Positions 1 through 13,872 of a DNA stretch of 64,000 bases are shown here, one piece after another (the stretch's first letter is position 1; each line of letters opens with the position of its first letter). The translations under genes were made by a program, and so were the position numbers. Origin of the DNA: a virus (Duplodnaviria > Caudoviricetes); IMG/VR virus record IMGVR_UViG_3300028833_000053; one strand, written 5' to 3'. Under the pieces are notes generated by a model. The model worked only from the letters and a program-made list of their open reading frames with translations. It had not been told where the DNA came from and did not search any database.

Positions 1-164
1 CTGAGACGCAGGAACTTGTCCCGCTTCTTGTAGAACTCCTTGACCTTCTTGGCGTTCGGAGCCTTGCCACCGACGATGCGCCCGTTTTCATGGACATACT
101 CGCAGTTGGCAACAATCACCTCGGAAGCCCTGCGCTCCCAACTCCTCAATACGGTGTTCTTCAT
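1..164 (-). CDS. Hypothetical early protein, runs off window edge
   Basis: ATG at 164 with GGAG RBS, downstream of a sigma70-type promoter; MKNTVLRSWERRASEVIV... stays open to position 1. Confidence 0.7.
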   Translation of the reverse strand, partial: MKNTVLRSWERRASEVIVANCEYVHENGRIVGGKAPNAKKVKEFYKKRDKFLRL

Positions 165-197
165 TTTCACTTCTCCTTGTTTTCTCTTGACACCTAC

Positions 198-226
198 AGT
201 ATACCAAATGCGGTGGGGAAAGTCAA
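198..226 (-). promoter_or_regulatory. Sigma70-type early promoter
   Basis: TTGACT-N17-TATACT with extended TG. Confidence 0.8.
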
Positions 227-260
227 GGGGGGTCGGGAAGATTTATGTTGAATTCAATTA

Positions 261-3200
261 TCAACCAAACTTGTATTTTCTGTCGTCCAAGGCGCGGTTT
301 ATGAGAGTTTTGCCTTGAATATGGATTGACTGGGAGTCCGTTCCATAGCACTCAAATTCCAGCATGACCTTGTTTATGTCCTTTGTGGGTTCGTTTATCT
401 CCGTGACCTCTCCAGTCCAACGGCTTTCAAGCGCAATAGAATCATAGAAACCGTTGTTTGGAACGTCACGGTATATCTGCAAAGGTATGGAGTTGCCGGA
501 AATCTCCACAAGTTCCACGTTACCAATTGAGATATACTTCTTGTCAATGTATATGCGCAGCTTCGTGGTGGATTCGTCAAGGTTGTTCGCCATAGTCTCG
601 TCACCGAAATTACGCCTTGTCCTTGTGTCATCCGCCCGAACTTGCGTAGTGCCATTCTCCTTCAACGTTCCGGCAATCCTGTTCAAATACTTTGTCCTTG
701 TTGTCGGGATGTTGATGTAGAGGTCGTAGGTGTTGTTGGAGTTGATTATGTAGATGAATGGAATCGCGTACAAGTCCATCAACGTGTTGCCCTTCTGATC
801 ATAGATGAAGTCATAGAACTCCGTTCCCTCCAATGACGGGTTCCTTTGGGACTTTGGAAACACCTGGTCATCGTCATATGTCGTTGCTGGGTTTGACACG
901 GCTGCCGTTATGATTCCGGGGTTGGTGTCCGTGTATGCGAACATTCCACCCGCGGCGAATATGTCCGTTGAAACTTGAATTGAATCAACTCTATGATCGG
1001 TAACTTCGTCAACGTTGTCAACGGGACTTTCCGGAATAACGCCAATGTCCTGCGTCTCCGTGAACTCGGTCGGCACCAATTGAAACGGGGAGAAATTCTC
1101 CGCATATTGGTTTACCTTCGCCGAAATAACGTCAAAGTAATACGCCTGGTCTCCGTGGTGCTTCTAGTCCATGTGCTTCTTGATGACATAGGACTTCAAG
1201 GTTTCGGATAGGGCGGTCTTCAAGTCGTCCATGTTGTCTATGGAAACCTGACCAAGTACGGTCTTGTAGAACACCTTGAAGAAGCCCTTGTTTGTCAGCA
1301 CGAAAAAACAGCTCTTGGCGTTCATCAGCTTGAAACTGCCAGCTATGATGTCGTATATCACCAAAGGTTCAACATTATTATTTCTGTTGTCTATCGTGAA
1401 GTTGCTGTTCGGTTGCCTTGAATAGTTTTGGAGAATTTCGTATATGTCTATCTTGCGATGGGCGTATAGGTCGATGTCGGGAACCGTTATTTCCCTCAGT
1501 TGTGGCTTGGTGAAGTCCTCTTCCTTGTCTTGAATCTTCGTAATGACGTAAAGTGAGTAGAGGGAATCCGCAGTTCTGAACATATGCGGGTTTATTATCT
1601 CGTATGGAAGTTTCTGGATTACACCACCATCCTTCGCTGGACGGCACTTGAAAACGGCATAGCCGTCCTCTCGTCCCTGTTGCTCATCGTGGAACATGCC
1701 ATAGTAACATCCATCTATCTCGTTGATGTCAAGGATGTCCACCATGTCCTTGTTCTTGGATATGTTCTGGAAACGCAGTTGGCTTTCGTCGAACAAGGTG
1801 TCGCCGAATATTATGTTGTTGTACCTTTGGAAGTCAATTGCAAGGTTGCCCGGACATTCGGGCCATTCCTCGATGTCAACATATTTGTTCCACTTTCCAT
1901 AAAGGCGTATAGTCCATTTCCTCGGAAGGTTGGAATCAAGTTCCTCGGTCGACCCTTCCTTGAAATTGCTCTTGTAGTCCAAGTAGATGTTCTGGAATTC
2001 AAGATCATGTGGGGTTATAAGCACGGAATGGAACGTCTCAATCTTCATCGTGGCGTTCTCCTTCTGAATCAGTATTTGCCCCTTGGAGTCCTTCAACTCC
2101 GCGGCGTGGTCGAATCTGTACAGATAGTTGTCGTCCTTGAACAACACATAGAGGCTGTCCCAATTCTGTTCATACGCCATGTCAAGTATCTCATACTTCG
2201 TGGCATATACATATCCAGTAAGGTTGGAAACGTACCACAAATCGGCCGCCGGGGGATCTGAGGGATACAGTCTTGCGTTTTCCTCGTTGTAGCACAATAT
2301 GGAATAGGAATCCTTTATGGACGTTGTGTCAACCATTGACAGGTCTCTGTTGAGGAACTTGAATATCCACTTGTTTTCAACGTCAGTGTTTATCGGGAAG
2401 TCGGTCCATTGGAAAGATGGCGTATATTGGTATTCACCGTTCACCAACCTCTTGTTCTCCAGCAACTGGCTGGCGTAGTCGCCATGTGCCAAGAACTTGT
2501 ACCACATCACGCGCTCATATTCTATCTCATCTGGATTGTCTGGATTCTTCTTCACCTGCTTCACGAAGAGGTTGTAGTACCCATCAAACACGTATGCGCC
2601 AACGACATGCCCATAGATGGTTGTCTCAATGACATTGAGATAGCGCACTATGTACGTCAAATCTTCGGTATCGGAATAGTCTCCGCCGAATATCTCAACG
2701 ATGATGTCACTGTTGTCGTCAACTCTGTTGAGACGTTTATACAACTCCAGCAAAGTGCGGTCTCTCAAGGCAAATATCCCCGTGCGAACCCCATCCAAAA
2801 CGGCGGCGCCGTTATGCGTAATGTCGGTTGGGGCCGTGCCAATCTTGTAGTATTGATCACCAAACCTTTCAACTAGATGTTTCAACACATGCAAATAGTC
2901 CCTATCGGCGAATCCCGTGATTCGCTTTTCACTGTAGTTGGAGAAGTCGTTGAAGAATTGGTTGAACAAATAGGTGTCCAGTGCCTCCTTGCTCTGGTCG
3001 TATTCCTGTGCTGCATCACCCTCTTTGTACCCAAACAAGCCAGTGGCTCCGTTCCAATCACCCTAATGCGTTGGGAAATCAACCTGCACGTCATAGTCAA
3101 ACCTGCACAGGTCACGTATGTCGGAAACAGAAAGACTTTGCACCAATTCATCGTATATCAACGTCATGAAGGAGTGGAACTGCGTCAAGAGCAACCTGAA

Positions 3201-6200
3201 ATACTCATCGTTCTTCAACGTCATGCGCGTTACAAGTTGCTGTACCTTCTCGCGCATTGCGATAGGAACAACGGTGTCAATCGCCCCCGTTGACTTGTAT
3301 ATCAAGTTCTTCCATTGATCGTCGGTTATGGACGTGCGAATGGTTTTCACAGTACTCGCAACGTCCATCCATATCTTGTACTTGCCCTCCGTGAACGCAT
3401 CGGAATCCAACGGAACATGAATGATTGGGAGGTATATGTTGTGTTCAACCTGATACTGCCTGCCATATATGTCGCCTGAAAATTGGAAACTCTCTCCTGG
3501 AGGCAGAACGGTCAAAAGCGTCGGAACGTCTATGCAACCTGAATCTATTGCCAGAGGACTTCTTTTCAACTTGATGTAGTATGAATAATCAGTCCATTCC
3601 AAATCCTCATATTTGCTCACCGTACCCAGGTTCGTTGGAATCGTGGCAAATCCATAATCCAAGTCACCTACCGACTGGCTGTTTGCGTCAATCATCGGTA
3701 TGACATTTTGCACGGACAATATTCCACTTGGGTCTTTGCTGACAAGAAGATTCTGCTGTACATATGCCTAGCCATTTGCCGGTATATGCATCCAAAGATA
3801 CTTCAACCTCTTTATCTGCAACCTGAACTTAAGAACCGTTTTGGTTTCGGTTATATATGGCGGGTCATAATCAGGATCGGTTGGGGGAACTGTATAATCC
3901 GGGTCTACCACATCGGCGGTGACAGTCTCCTTAACAACACCCATGCAAGCAACGGGTTGGTTTTCATACACGTAAAACGCCTGGTCGGTGCCACTTGGAA
4001 CGCCTGTTATTGTATAGCAGGATGTTTTTCCCTCAGAAAGTAGTTCTCCCGTTGGTTCGTCCCCCTGAAGTCCGGAAAACTTCACTTTGAAAGAACCATT
4101 AATCCCAACCCATCCGTTGTCATAGTTCACCGTATTTCCTTGACCATTAACATAAGAACCCTAGACCAAGCCAGTGAGCGGCATGACAACATCCAAAGAC
4201 TCGTCTTCACTTCCTTCTGGAATTGAATACTCAAACGATGCACTTTCATCAAGTCCTTGTCCTACAACAATATCACTTGATTCATTCTTTTGCTTGACCC
4301 ACAAAACGTCTTTTCCCCCCACTGCGGGCCAATCCTCAAAGACTATGCCTCGTGCGTCTGAATTCACGACATTATCTTTGATAAGGCAATATGTTCCCTT
4401 GCTCACAAAAGCCAAGTCGGAATTCTTGAACGTCAAATACACGTCCGCTGAATGGGAACTTCCAATTGAAGATATCTTGAAATTGGACGTGAGAAAACTT
4501 TTAGTCAGACCAGGGGCTTCATTTCCAAATGCCGCCTTTTGCGAACAATGAGCCTTCGTACCCTCTTTCTTGTGGCTGATAATGTCTTTTATATCATATA
4601 TGCCTGCGCCATCCTTTTGACCCAGATACAGTTCCTTGACTCCAGACTTGTCCCTTTCCTTCACTTGATACACGTCGCCATATATAATGGTTTCACCCAA
4701 ATTCACTTGGGTGATGGTTCCTCCAACATCCTTGTCCGACGGCAAGGGTTTGCTCAATTCCCAGATGCTGTTGTCCTCTTGCGAATTTATCAACGTTTCC
4801 GTTTCGACAAGTTTCTTTGTTATGTCTGGAGCGGTGTCGGGAACGGAGTTGTTTATCCTTATGAACAACTAACGTATGAGTTCAGGCTTAAATATTTGCT
4901 TTGATGTGTTCTCTTCCTTAAGCATTGCACTCACAATTTCTGACGTAAATCCATCATCTGGCGTTTCCCCAATATCCTTTATGGCATCTGAGCGCATCAA
5001 CCTATCACTGAATCCCGACAATGAAAACCTAATAGTGTCTTTTTGTATTGACTTGTGCTTTGTCTTCTCCTTCAAGTTGTACACAATTTGATCGTATTCA
5101 ACTTCATGGGTGTTGCTTCCACTGTCTTGCAAAATCGTATAGGTCACGAGATATTGCATCCCCCCATGACCCCTATCAAACACCGGAACAAACTTCACTT
5201 GACACACAACGTTCTTGACTATTGCATTGCATATCATGAACTTCTCGTCATATGTGCTTTCAGCGGTGTCAAGAAGATATTCCATCAACTTCTTGTTCTG
5301 CATCAAGTACAAATCAAACACGCACTCGTATGTGAACTGGTCAACCTTGGACACGCGCCTTACCTCAAACGCCGGCTTGTCAACCAATGGAATCGACGAC
5401 AACGGCGCTTTTGGTGCTGTTTTCGTCTGGAACGTGTCTTGAATCTCCTTGTACAAATACTGGTACAATCTACCGTCCTGTATATGGGAATCGTCAATGT
5501 CATGAAGGTTGTTCTTGAACACCTCTTGGTACTTGTTCTAGTCTTGACCGCTGCACCTGTTCTCCCAAGCCTGCATATAGTTGTCAAAAGAAGCACTGTC
5601 AGTGAATAGGTCAAGATAAAGGTCAAGGTTCCGTGGTGATATGGTCACTGAACTTGCCGTATTTCCAGAATAGTCCAACAGGCTTTGGACAATCTGATTC
5701 ATCATATACTGCTTTATGTTCGCCAAGAGATTGTCCCTCAACTGCTCAAACGTGTACATGGTTGAGAAATCAAACGTCAATGCGTCTATATCGGAGAACT
5801 GCAACTTGAATATGCGCATCGTGTTCAAGTTTATTATGTACCGTCCAATGCTTCCGTTCGCGCCTCTTGCCGTCAAATGTATGAACTTACCTTCGTTTCC
5901 ATTATAGTTCGTGTTGAAATCCACAATGCGCTGTCCGGTTCCATTCAACCTATCCGTTACGGCGAATCCACTTACATAGGTCAACTTGTTTCCTTCGGAA
6001 TCCGTGACGCCGCCCTTGTCCTCGGCAAGCACAGGTGCAATCTTGAGGATTTCCGGTGGGTCAAAGGCGTCCGCAGTGGAATACCAGATGACGGTCATTT
6101 CCCTTGTCTCTTCATCTTCCTCTATTTCGCCAATTCCAATTTGCTTGTTCTTTGGAGTACCATCTTCTTCAACGGGCGACTCAAGAACGTCACCACCGAC

Positions 6201-9200
6201 AATGGTATAGGTTTCGGACCACGCGGACCAATCAAGCCAAACGGAATTCACGTTGTTTCTGGCGTCCGATTCAACGTCCTTCAAGATGAACGCCTTGCTT
6301 CCTGTTTCACTTTCGGTAATCAATCCATTCGTGTCAATCGTGCCTCGGACGATTCTTCCGGGAGAAATGGACAGGTTCTTGTCGAACAAATCACCTATTA
6401 CCTGTGAACGTGTTTCGCCATTCACGTCTATTGTCATTACAAGTTTGCTGACTACATCACGTCCCTGGGTTTCATGTACAAGGCTCAATCTGCATTTTGT
6501 GTTCTTCAACAATCCAGAGAACAAAGTTCCATCCCCAAGGTTTGAAAGCGTTGCGACCGTCATTGGGTAGGATTCCCTCATCCTCTGTATTTCATTAGCC
6601 AAGTACCAGCCAAAGGTGCGGTCCTTGTTCCAAAGCAAATCCCATCTGAAAACGCCCTTATCCGCCCACATGGATTCACCAGACCCCGCATCCGTGTAGA
6701 AACTGTCGTAAATGCACCATTCGTTTGAAAGGCGGTCAATCACGGGGGTCTGAAAACGCCTAAACGCCTATATGACGTTCCAATCAATGTTCGCGCCATC
6801 CTTCAAGAACTGGAATTCAAGATTCCATTTCGGGAACGTGGCGTAGCCGTCCATTGAGACTTCCAGCATCGTAAGTTTGTTGTCGTCAACCCCTGCGTAC
6901 TTCAACCTCTTGTACTCGCCGCCCTGCTTCTCCAAAATGTACCTGATACCGTCAAACTTGAACTTGTCGTTGATGACCTCAACCTTGAACTCCTTTCCGT
7001 CAGAATCACTTGGCACAAACTCCGTCGTGGCGGCGTCGAGGGTTATCACCGTCTTTCCGTCAACAGTCTCTATGGCATACTCGCAACCGTTGATTTTGAA
7101 CTTGTTGTCAACGATTTCAATTTGATCGCAAGCCGCCTCCATGTCCTTTTGGAACTCGTTGAAGTAAAGCGCATTGATCTTTCCCTCAACTTCCACTGCA
7201 TAGTATTCAATGTCGTTGAACACAAACTTCCTGTCAATGAGCTTTATCTTGTCATAGTAAAGGTAGTATTCAAGGTAGTTCGTCAACTTGAAATAACTTA
7301 TGTCCTCTATGTCAAAGTTGTCGCCCGCTTGTCTGTCCAAATGTGAGGCATCCTTGTCCACCAGCGGGGCGGATGACTCGGGTCCCTTTCCATCGACAAA
7401 GACCAATGGATATTCAAGTCCCTCATGGTTAACATAGAACTTGTCCGTTGTACAATAGTACATATCCTCGTCTTTCGTGAAAGTCACATAATCGTCGTGC
7501 TTGAAATACGCGGGTCTGTACAATTGCGTCCTGACAAAAGCCTTCAACAACTCGCTTTGGGTTTGGTTTTCAACAGGGTACAACCAACCAGAAACCTTGT
7601 CCCATTTTCTCACGCCAACTCCCCCATCGGGATTGTTGAAACGAAGCCTTGAACCATCAAACATCTTGGACTCCTTGAGGAAGTCCACGTTGTGATCTGG
7701 AACGAACAAATTGTCTATCTTCCCCGTTTTTCCAGATGGAGCGTCATCTACCTGCACAAACAATTCCATGTACGTGTTGTAGTCGGTGAAGAACGGCATT
7801 GACTTCACGCCGGCGATGACCTCTGTTTTAACGTTGGAGGCGGACATTATGTCCATGACGTCCGGTTTTGACAGAAAAACCTTGTCTTGGTATATGTATG
7901 GTCCGATTCTGGGATAGCGGTTATTGTCCTCGGGAAGGACGTTGCCGAAAGAATCGGTTGACGTGTACTCACCCAAAATCAAGGCAGTCATAACCCTGTC
8001 CTTGATATACGCCTGTATGTTTTGAATGGTTTGCCTGAAACTGGCTTCCGTTATGGTGACAAGTCCGCCAGAGGGGAATGTATTGTAGTCGGCATGCAGA
8101 TGCTTGCGCATATATTCCCTGAAATATCCAAGTAGGGGATATGTGTCAACAAGGACATCGCAAAGATGCTCTATGAAAGCATCCCTTTGTTCTGGGGTTT
8201 CATAAAGCCCCTGAACCCAAGTTGAACCCTCGTAATATCCAGCGTATTCATCCAAGATTCTCTTCAGCAACGTTTCTTTGCTTGTCTTGCCGGAATCTGG
8301 GGTCTGTATCAACCAATTCCAACCAGCGTCTCCGGCTGCGTCTATATCCTATATGTTTTTGTCCGTGACCAGAAGGTTCAACGCATCGCAGTAGTCATAC
8401 AACGATGTCGCAGAACCGTTCTTTGACTTCACGAATTTTTCAATTGACGAGAATTTCCCGTTGTTGGCAATCAAGGTTTCCGAATGGGATGTCGCACCTA
8501 TCTTGAACGAGAGGTTGTCAAACAACTTGTTGGTGACAAGATCATTCAATGTCTTGCAAAAGTAGTTCCTTGAAGTGTCTGTTGCAGAATAATGGTTCTG
8601 CTCCAAATACCATTCACAACGCTCCGGACGTGCCACTTGGTTGTAGAGCCACTTTATGAACGCACTGACCAATCCCGGCATGGAAAACAGCAAGGTCTCA
8701 AACTGGAATTGGGTCATATGCACCAAAATTTGGATAGGATCAGTGCCCTCTTCGTCTTGATCGTAAATGGCAAAATACTTTGTTCCACCCATGAACGGGT
8801 GCGCCTTGTTTGCCAAGCTGTATATCTATGCAAGATAGGATGGATAGTCATAGTTGCCCGAACCGTGTGGTTCTTGATGTTCAGGATGTTCCTAGTCATC
8901 TGAAGTCAACACGTCTCCGACATAGAAGCACTTGTAGTAGGTATCGTTGATCTGCTTCCATATCTTGTCATACTCAACAACCTTGTCAAGTTCAACGTCA
9001 TAACGTTTATCGTCTTCTTCCAAAGAACTGTCGTTGAACATGCTTGTCGGGAATATCGTCGGAACAATGACCTTGTTTATGTGCCCGTTGTATTCCTTCA
9101 GAACCCCATCCGGATTGGAAACCGAGGGCGTATGGGTCTTGCTTGTGCGCGTGTAGGAATACGTTATGTCGCGTGTGTTGTTTGGCTCTATGTCCCAAAA

Positions 9201-10331
9201 GCCATAGTTGGTCATAAGCACGTTCACCGTGTCAAGTGTCTTTATGGAATCAACCTTGGCAAACACGTCTTTCGGATGCACAACCAACTGGTCAACCACA
9301 AGGGTGTTTACCGTACTGAATCCATACAACTTGTCATAGGACTCGTTGTTGAAATAGAAGTAGCGGTACTCGTCATCGTTCTCGCGCTTGAACACCACAA
9401 ACAACGTGAGGCGGTTGTCTATCACATGGAATCCACAGAAAATAAATTCATATACACCATCCAAGTTTGGAATCAACTTGCCTATGTCATACAAGGTCAT
9501 TCCTTGGAAAGTTGTCTTTTTGGTTCCGTCGTCAAGGGTTTCCGTTGTGTATGTTGGACTCAAACCATACAGTCCCATTGAAAGACACACTATGTACTTG
9601 CAAGCTGGTATTACCTTGCCGAACATAACTGCTGATGAAGTATCTGGCTCAATCTTGTTCCTATACAGTTGATTCTCTATTGCGGTGTTAACCCTCTATT
9701 TTGCAAATTGAAGGAACTCGTTGAACGTTTGGGGTGATGTGGTTCCAGAGAAGATATTGGCGGAAGCATCCAAGGTCAAAGGCGCATTGAAGGGGTTGAC
9801 GTTTTTCCCCCAGGGGTTGGGGTTGGTGAAGAAGTCGTTCATGCCCTCGGCTATGTTTATCTAATCATACTCCTTTTTTGCAACTTCGTCCGTTTTCCTA
9901 ACAATGCCATACCACACCGCGTCAAGGTTCAAGAAACTGATTGTACCGGGTTCATATGGAATGTCGCATACGTCATATTCGAGTTTGCGAGACTTGAAGC
10001 TTCCAACACCATCATCAACTTCAAGAATCAACTTCGTGTTGTCATCCAACTCTCGCACATCGCTCTCCTCCAATTTGCTTCTCATGTCGAAGTAGGAATC
10101 CCGCGTTCCATATACTGGAGAGTCAAGCAAGCCCCATGCATACTGCAAGTTCACGATGTAGTTTGACAAAAGCGAGTTCAACGTCACGGAGTTCGCTATC
10201 TGGTAATCGTGTATCAAGATGTCGTCACGCTCGGGCTTGCGCAATCCACTTCCGGAAGCCAATATGAACTGCTTAAGCGTGTTGCTCTCAACCAATGTCC
10301 TGTTCTTCAAGTCTGCTACGTTGTTTATCAT
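261..10331 (-). CDS. Giant 3356-aa protein (TAG=Gln), probable virion/baseplate-tail structural protein
   Basis: Eleven track ORFs share one frame, separated only by 12 TAGs (9861, 9696, 8892, 8826, 8349, 6768, 5538, 4869, 4161, 3768, 3063, 1164); ends TGA TAA; late motif 30 nt upstream. Function is inferred from size and context. Confidence 0.85.
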
Positions 10332-10360
10332 GGTATTCTTCCAATCTAACCTATATAGTG

Positions 10361-10406
10361 GTATTTACCATTCCAAAACATTTTCAACTTTGACGATGGT
10401 AAATAC
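10361..10406. promoter_or_regulatory. Back-to-back pair of late-promoter motifs TGGTAAATAC
   Basis: Minus copy 10361-10370 and plus copy 10397-10406 between divergent genes. Confidence 0.75.
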
Positions 10407-10425
10407 AACGTGAAAGGTGCAAGAT

Positions 10426-11148
10426 ATGTCAGAGGAAAATCTTAACGATAGTCAACCTGTTGAAAGAGGACAAATGGGGGCGAAGATAGGTGGGCAGGCG
10501 GGAAAAGCGGCAGGTCAATCCATCGGCGCGGCATATGGCGGTCCGATAGGAAGCATGGTTGGCGGCTATATTGGAGAGAAAGTGGGTTCTTGGGCTGGGG
10601 ATAAAGCAGAGGATGCCATACTCGATCAGTTGTCGCAAACCACAGATAAAAAATCTCAAAGCAGTAATGAAAGCGGTGGTGGTTCAGGCGGCGGTGGCTC
10701 AGGTGGAGGAAGCGGCGGCCCTAGTGGAAGCAGCGATGATGGTGGAAAGCAAAAGTCTGGCGGGGGTTGCGGAGGCGGCGCTGGAGGTGCTGGCGTTGGT
10801 GAATATTCCTGCTCGGATGGTCAGTGCCACAAGACGCCGAAAACACCCTACTACAAACTTGAAATAGAGGAAAACAAACTTCCTGAAAATTGGTGGGACA
10901 AGCTGCCTGACTTTGACCCAAGGGTTTATGACGCAATCGCAATGGAACAGGCCGCCGCCTGCGTTGACTACATATTCAAGGGATTGCCTGACATGCGTGA
11001 ATTGGAGCATGAAATGGAAGCACGAAAGAACCGGAAGACTTGCCCACGTCTCAAGACACAGGTTCCAAGGACAAAGGTAATCAAGCCAAAGGAAGTTAAG
11101 TGCGAAACCACAATAGACACCTTCATCAAGAAGGACTAGACCTATTGA
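10426..11148 (+). CDS. Glycine-zipper protein with Gly/Ser-rich linker
   Basis: GAKIGGQAGKAAGQSIGAAYGGPIGSMVGGYIG (GxxxG repeats); TAG at 11137 followed by ACC TAT TGA. Confidence 0.7.
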
Positions 11149-11150
11149 TA

Positions 11151-12776
11151 TTAGGCAAATTGCTCCATCTTCACAAGTTCTATCAAGGACTCTCTGAAAT
11201 TCCTTATTCCCAACGTTGCGTCATTGTACGTCAAGTGGCGGCAACGTGTCAACGATCCGGAAATGTTCTCCGGCTTGAACACGCTCTTGTGGTCAAACCT
11301 CTTTGGCGGGTCTTTCAAGTTAATCCAATTGAACCACAAAGACATCACCATGACATTTTCCTCGTTCAAGTAGTCTATCTGCTTGCACATTTCTCGGAAA
11401 TAGTGCTTGTTTATCGGGGCGAAGATATGCGGCTCGTAGAAGTAGATGTGTTCGCGCAGTCCAACGAATCTATCCAAAGTTTTCAGCAAAAGGGTGTCCC
11501 ATTTGTTCTTTCTTGAGTCTTGATAAAGCTCCTTTCTGAATTCATCATTCTGTTGAAATTCAAATATGTACCTTGGAATGAAATCTTCCCAGTCGGAGGT
11601 TTTCGTAACCAATATATCATCGGAGCAGAACAATAAATTGTCTGTCAATGTCGGGACTTTCCATATCGCAGTGAGAATCTTGAAAATGATGTTCGCGTCC
11701 TTGTTGTTCTTTGTGATGTCCGGCGTCTGGATATGATGAACCTTTGGATGGTTTATCTGGGGATCTTCCCCAATGACATATATCTCCCCAACCCAATGTG
11801 AACAGAACTTCAACATCGAAGTTATGGAAATTCGTATCTCCAAGTTGTTGTACTTGCTTCCACGTCCAAGGACGTAAACCAGGTCATGTTTTTGGGGTTT
11901 TTTCAGGTTTCGCTTGTATTGGAACAACTTGTCAATCTCAAACGTGGGACATTCCTTGAGCGTGATTTCCGGCAATCCGCTTTTGGGCTTAAGTTCCATC
12001 AAAGGAGCCGTCTTTTCCACCTGCTTTTGAATACGCTTGGGCTTTGGAGTCTTTTCATTGAACAAGCCGAAGCAATCAACGATCTAACGTCCATTTGACA
12101 GTTCGGAGATAATCGTCGCAACCGCCTAATCGTACTTTGTACCAACCATGTACCGGTAGCTTGAATGTGGCATCAAAGGCAAACGTGTAGCACCATTTCT
12201 GGATTCCCCAACGCAGTAGTTTGTGCATGGTTTCAACACAAATCCATTCAAGTAAAGGAGATAAAGATATGTCCTGTCGTCATTGAACGTGTTCAACACC
12301 TGCTTCACCATGAACTTCTCGTATCCGGCAAGCATCCTCTTCTGGAAAAGGGAATATGACGACAGCACCAGGCTGTCAATCCCCACAACTGAGTTTTGGT
12401 TTGACGTTATGGGATGTTCCTGGTCATTGTCATTGAAGTCCTTTATTCGGGATTCTATGAAGTCCTTTGGCAACAGCATATCATCGTCAATGTCTATGAT
12501 GATGTCATCGTTTTCAAGGAACGGCAAAATCGGAAAAACCTTCTTGAAAGACTTTGTGTTTTCCTCAACCCAATTCAAAATGACCCGATTGGAAGTCATA
12601 ACCAACTTGTAGAGATCCTCCGGAAGGTCTTGCTCCCAGTTTGGAAACTCGGAATGCGCCAACGTCAAATATATTCTGTCGGGAAGCAACGTGTTTGCAA
12701 GAACGGACTCTATCACCTGGACGCAATTCGTAATCCTCTTCGGATATGATGTCAATGCTATGTTTATCGTGGACAT
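11151..12776 (-). CDS. Two-domain glycosyltransferase: GT2-like plus Stealth-like domain (541 aa, 1 TAG)
   Basis: IALTSYPKR...IIIDIDDD in the N-half; DLVYV...LEIRISITSMLKFCSHWVGEIYVIG...FCSDD resembles Stealth CR1/CR2; TAG at 12126 in frame. Confidence 0.7.
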
Positions 12777-12791
12777 TATGTAAATGCTCCT

Positions 12792-13850
12792 TCATACGGA
12801 ATATTTACCATATTTATTGCAAAGCCCAATCACCATATTCTTCAACTAACTTCCGGTCATTCCATGCCAATCGCCACTCCTGTTCAATGCGTCCAAGTGC
12901 TCTTCAAATGGAAGGTAATCAAAATGTTCTTTGACAAATTCATTTGCCAACCCCCCGTCATTCAATATGGTCATGAAGTTCTTTGCGACATCTATAAACC
13001 AATACCCCGTGTTTGTCCATTTAAGCAAACCTTGTCCATCTTCAACTATGATATTATCCACAACTGGCAACTGGGTCATTAGCAGAAACTGTCTCTGCAA
13101 ATACGAGCGTGTCTTTACTCCACCATGCCAGAAATGGTTTACCTCAACTTCAACATCACGCAACAAGGGACGGTTATGTTCTTGACAAAAGGATTGAATT
13201 TTGTCCTATACATCTGTCCGTTTGAATATCTCGAACCAAAACTTGTCATTTCCTTTCCCCAGAATTTCATGCCAGAACAAATTGTCCCCTCCACCAAAGG
13301 GAAGGTAGTTGAAATAACCAATGTTTGACATAACCTTCTTGTGTGTTGCAAAACACATGCCTGCCGCCTATATATTCAACTGCACCTCTAAATTGTTGGT
13401 GAATATATGTGTGTATGACAGTTTCTCCTTTATTACCCTTTCATCCTTTGCCAGCATATTGCACTTTGAGAACCCCTGGGTCAGCAAACAGCCATCAAGT
13501 GCATTGCTCAATTTGCTGAACCAATCTACGTCATTCATCGGTGCTATGTCAGAATCCAAGAACATCAACTTTTCGTGTTTGGCTTTTCTAGCCATCATAT
13601 TCCACAGATGCTCCTTTTGAAAAAGATACTTGTTGGAATCGTTGCCGTCTATGCGAACGTAGTTGATGCAATCCGGGAAATCCCCCTATGAAAACGTAAA
13701 CTGTCCATTGAACCCAAGTTCAATGAACAGTATTTCGTCAGGAAGCTGTGATTGCTCCATCCAATGAGATACGGCCTTCAATGTTGCGTTTTTACGTATT
13801 GGATTTATTCCCGCGTCATAGAAAACGGATATTAGGGACAGATCAACCAC
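12792..13850 (-). CDS. GT-A fold glycosyltransferase, paralog 1 (352 aa, 4 TAG)
   Basis: FQKEHLWN, LMFLDSD (DxD), FNYLPFGGGD, HFWHG; TAGs at 13686, 13368, 13206, 12846; GTG start inferred. Confidence 0.75.
12802..12810 (-). promoter_or_regulatory. Late-promoter motif TGGTAAATA
   Basis: 26 nt upstream of ATG 12776. Confidence 0.65.
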
Positions 13851-13872
13851 GTCATATGTCCTTTCTCCGTGA

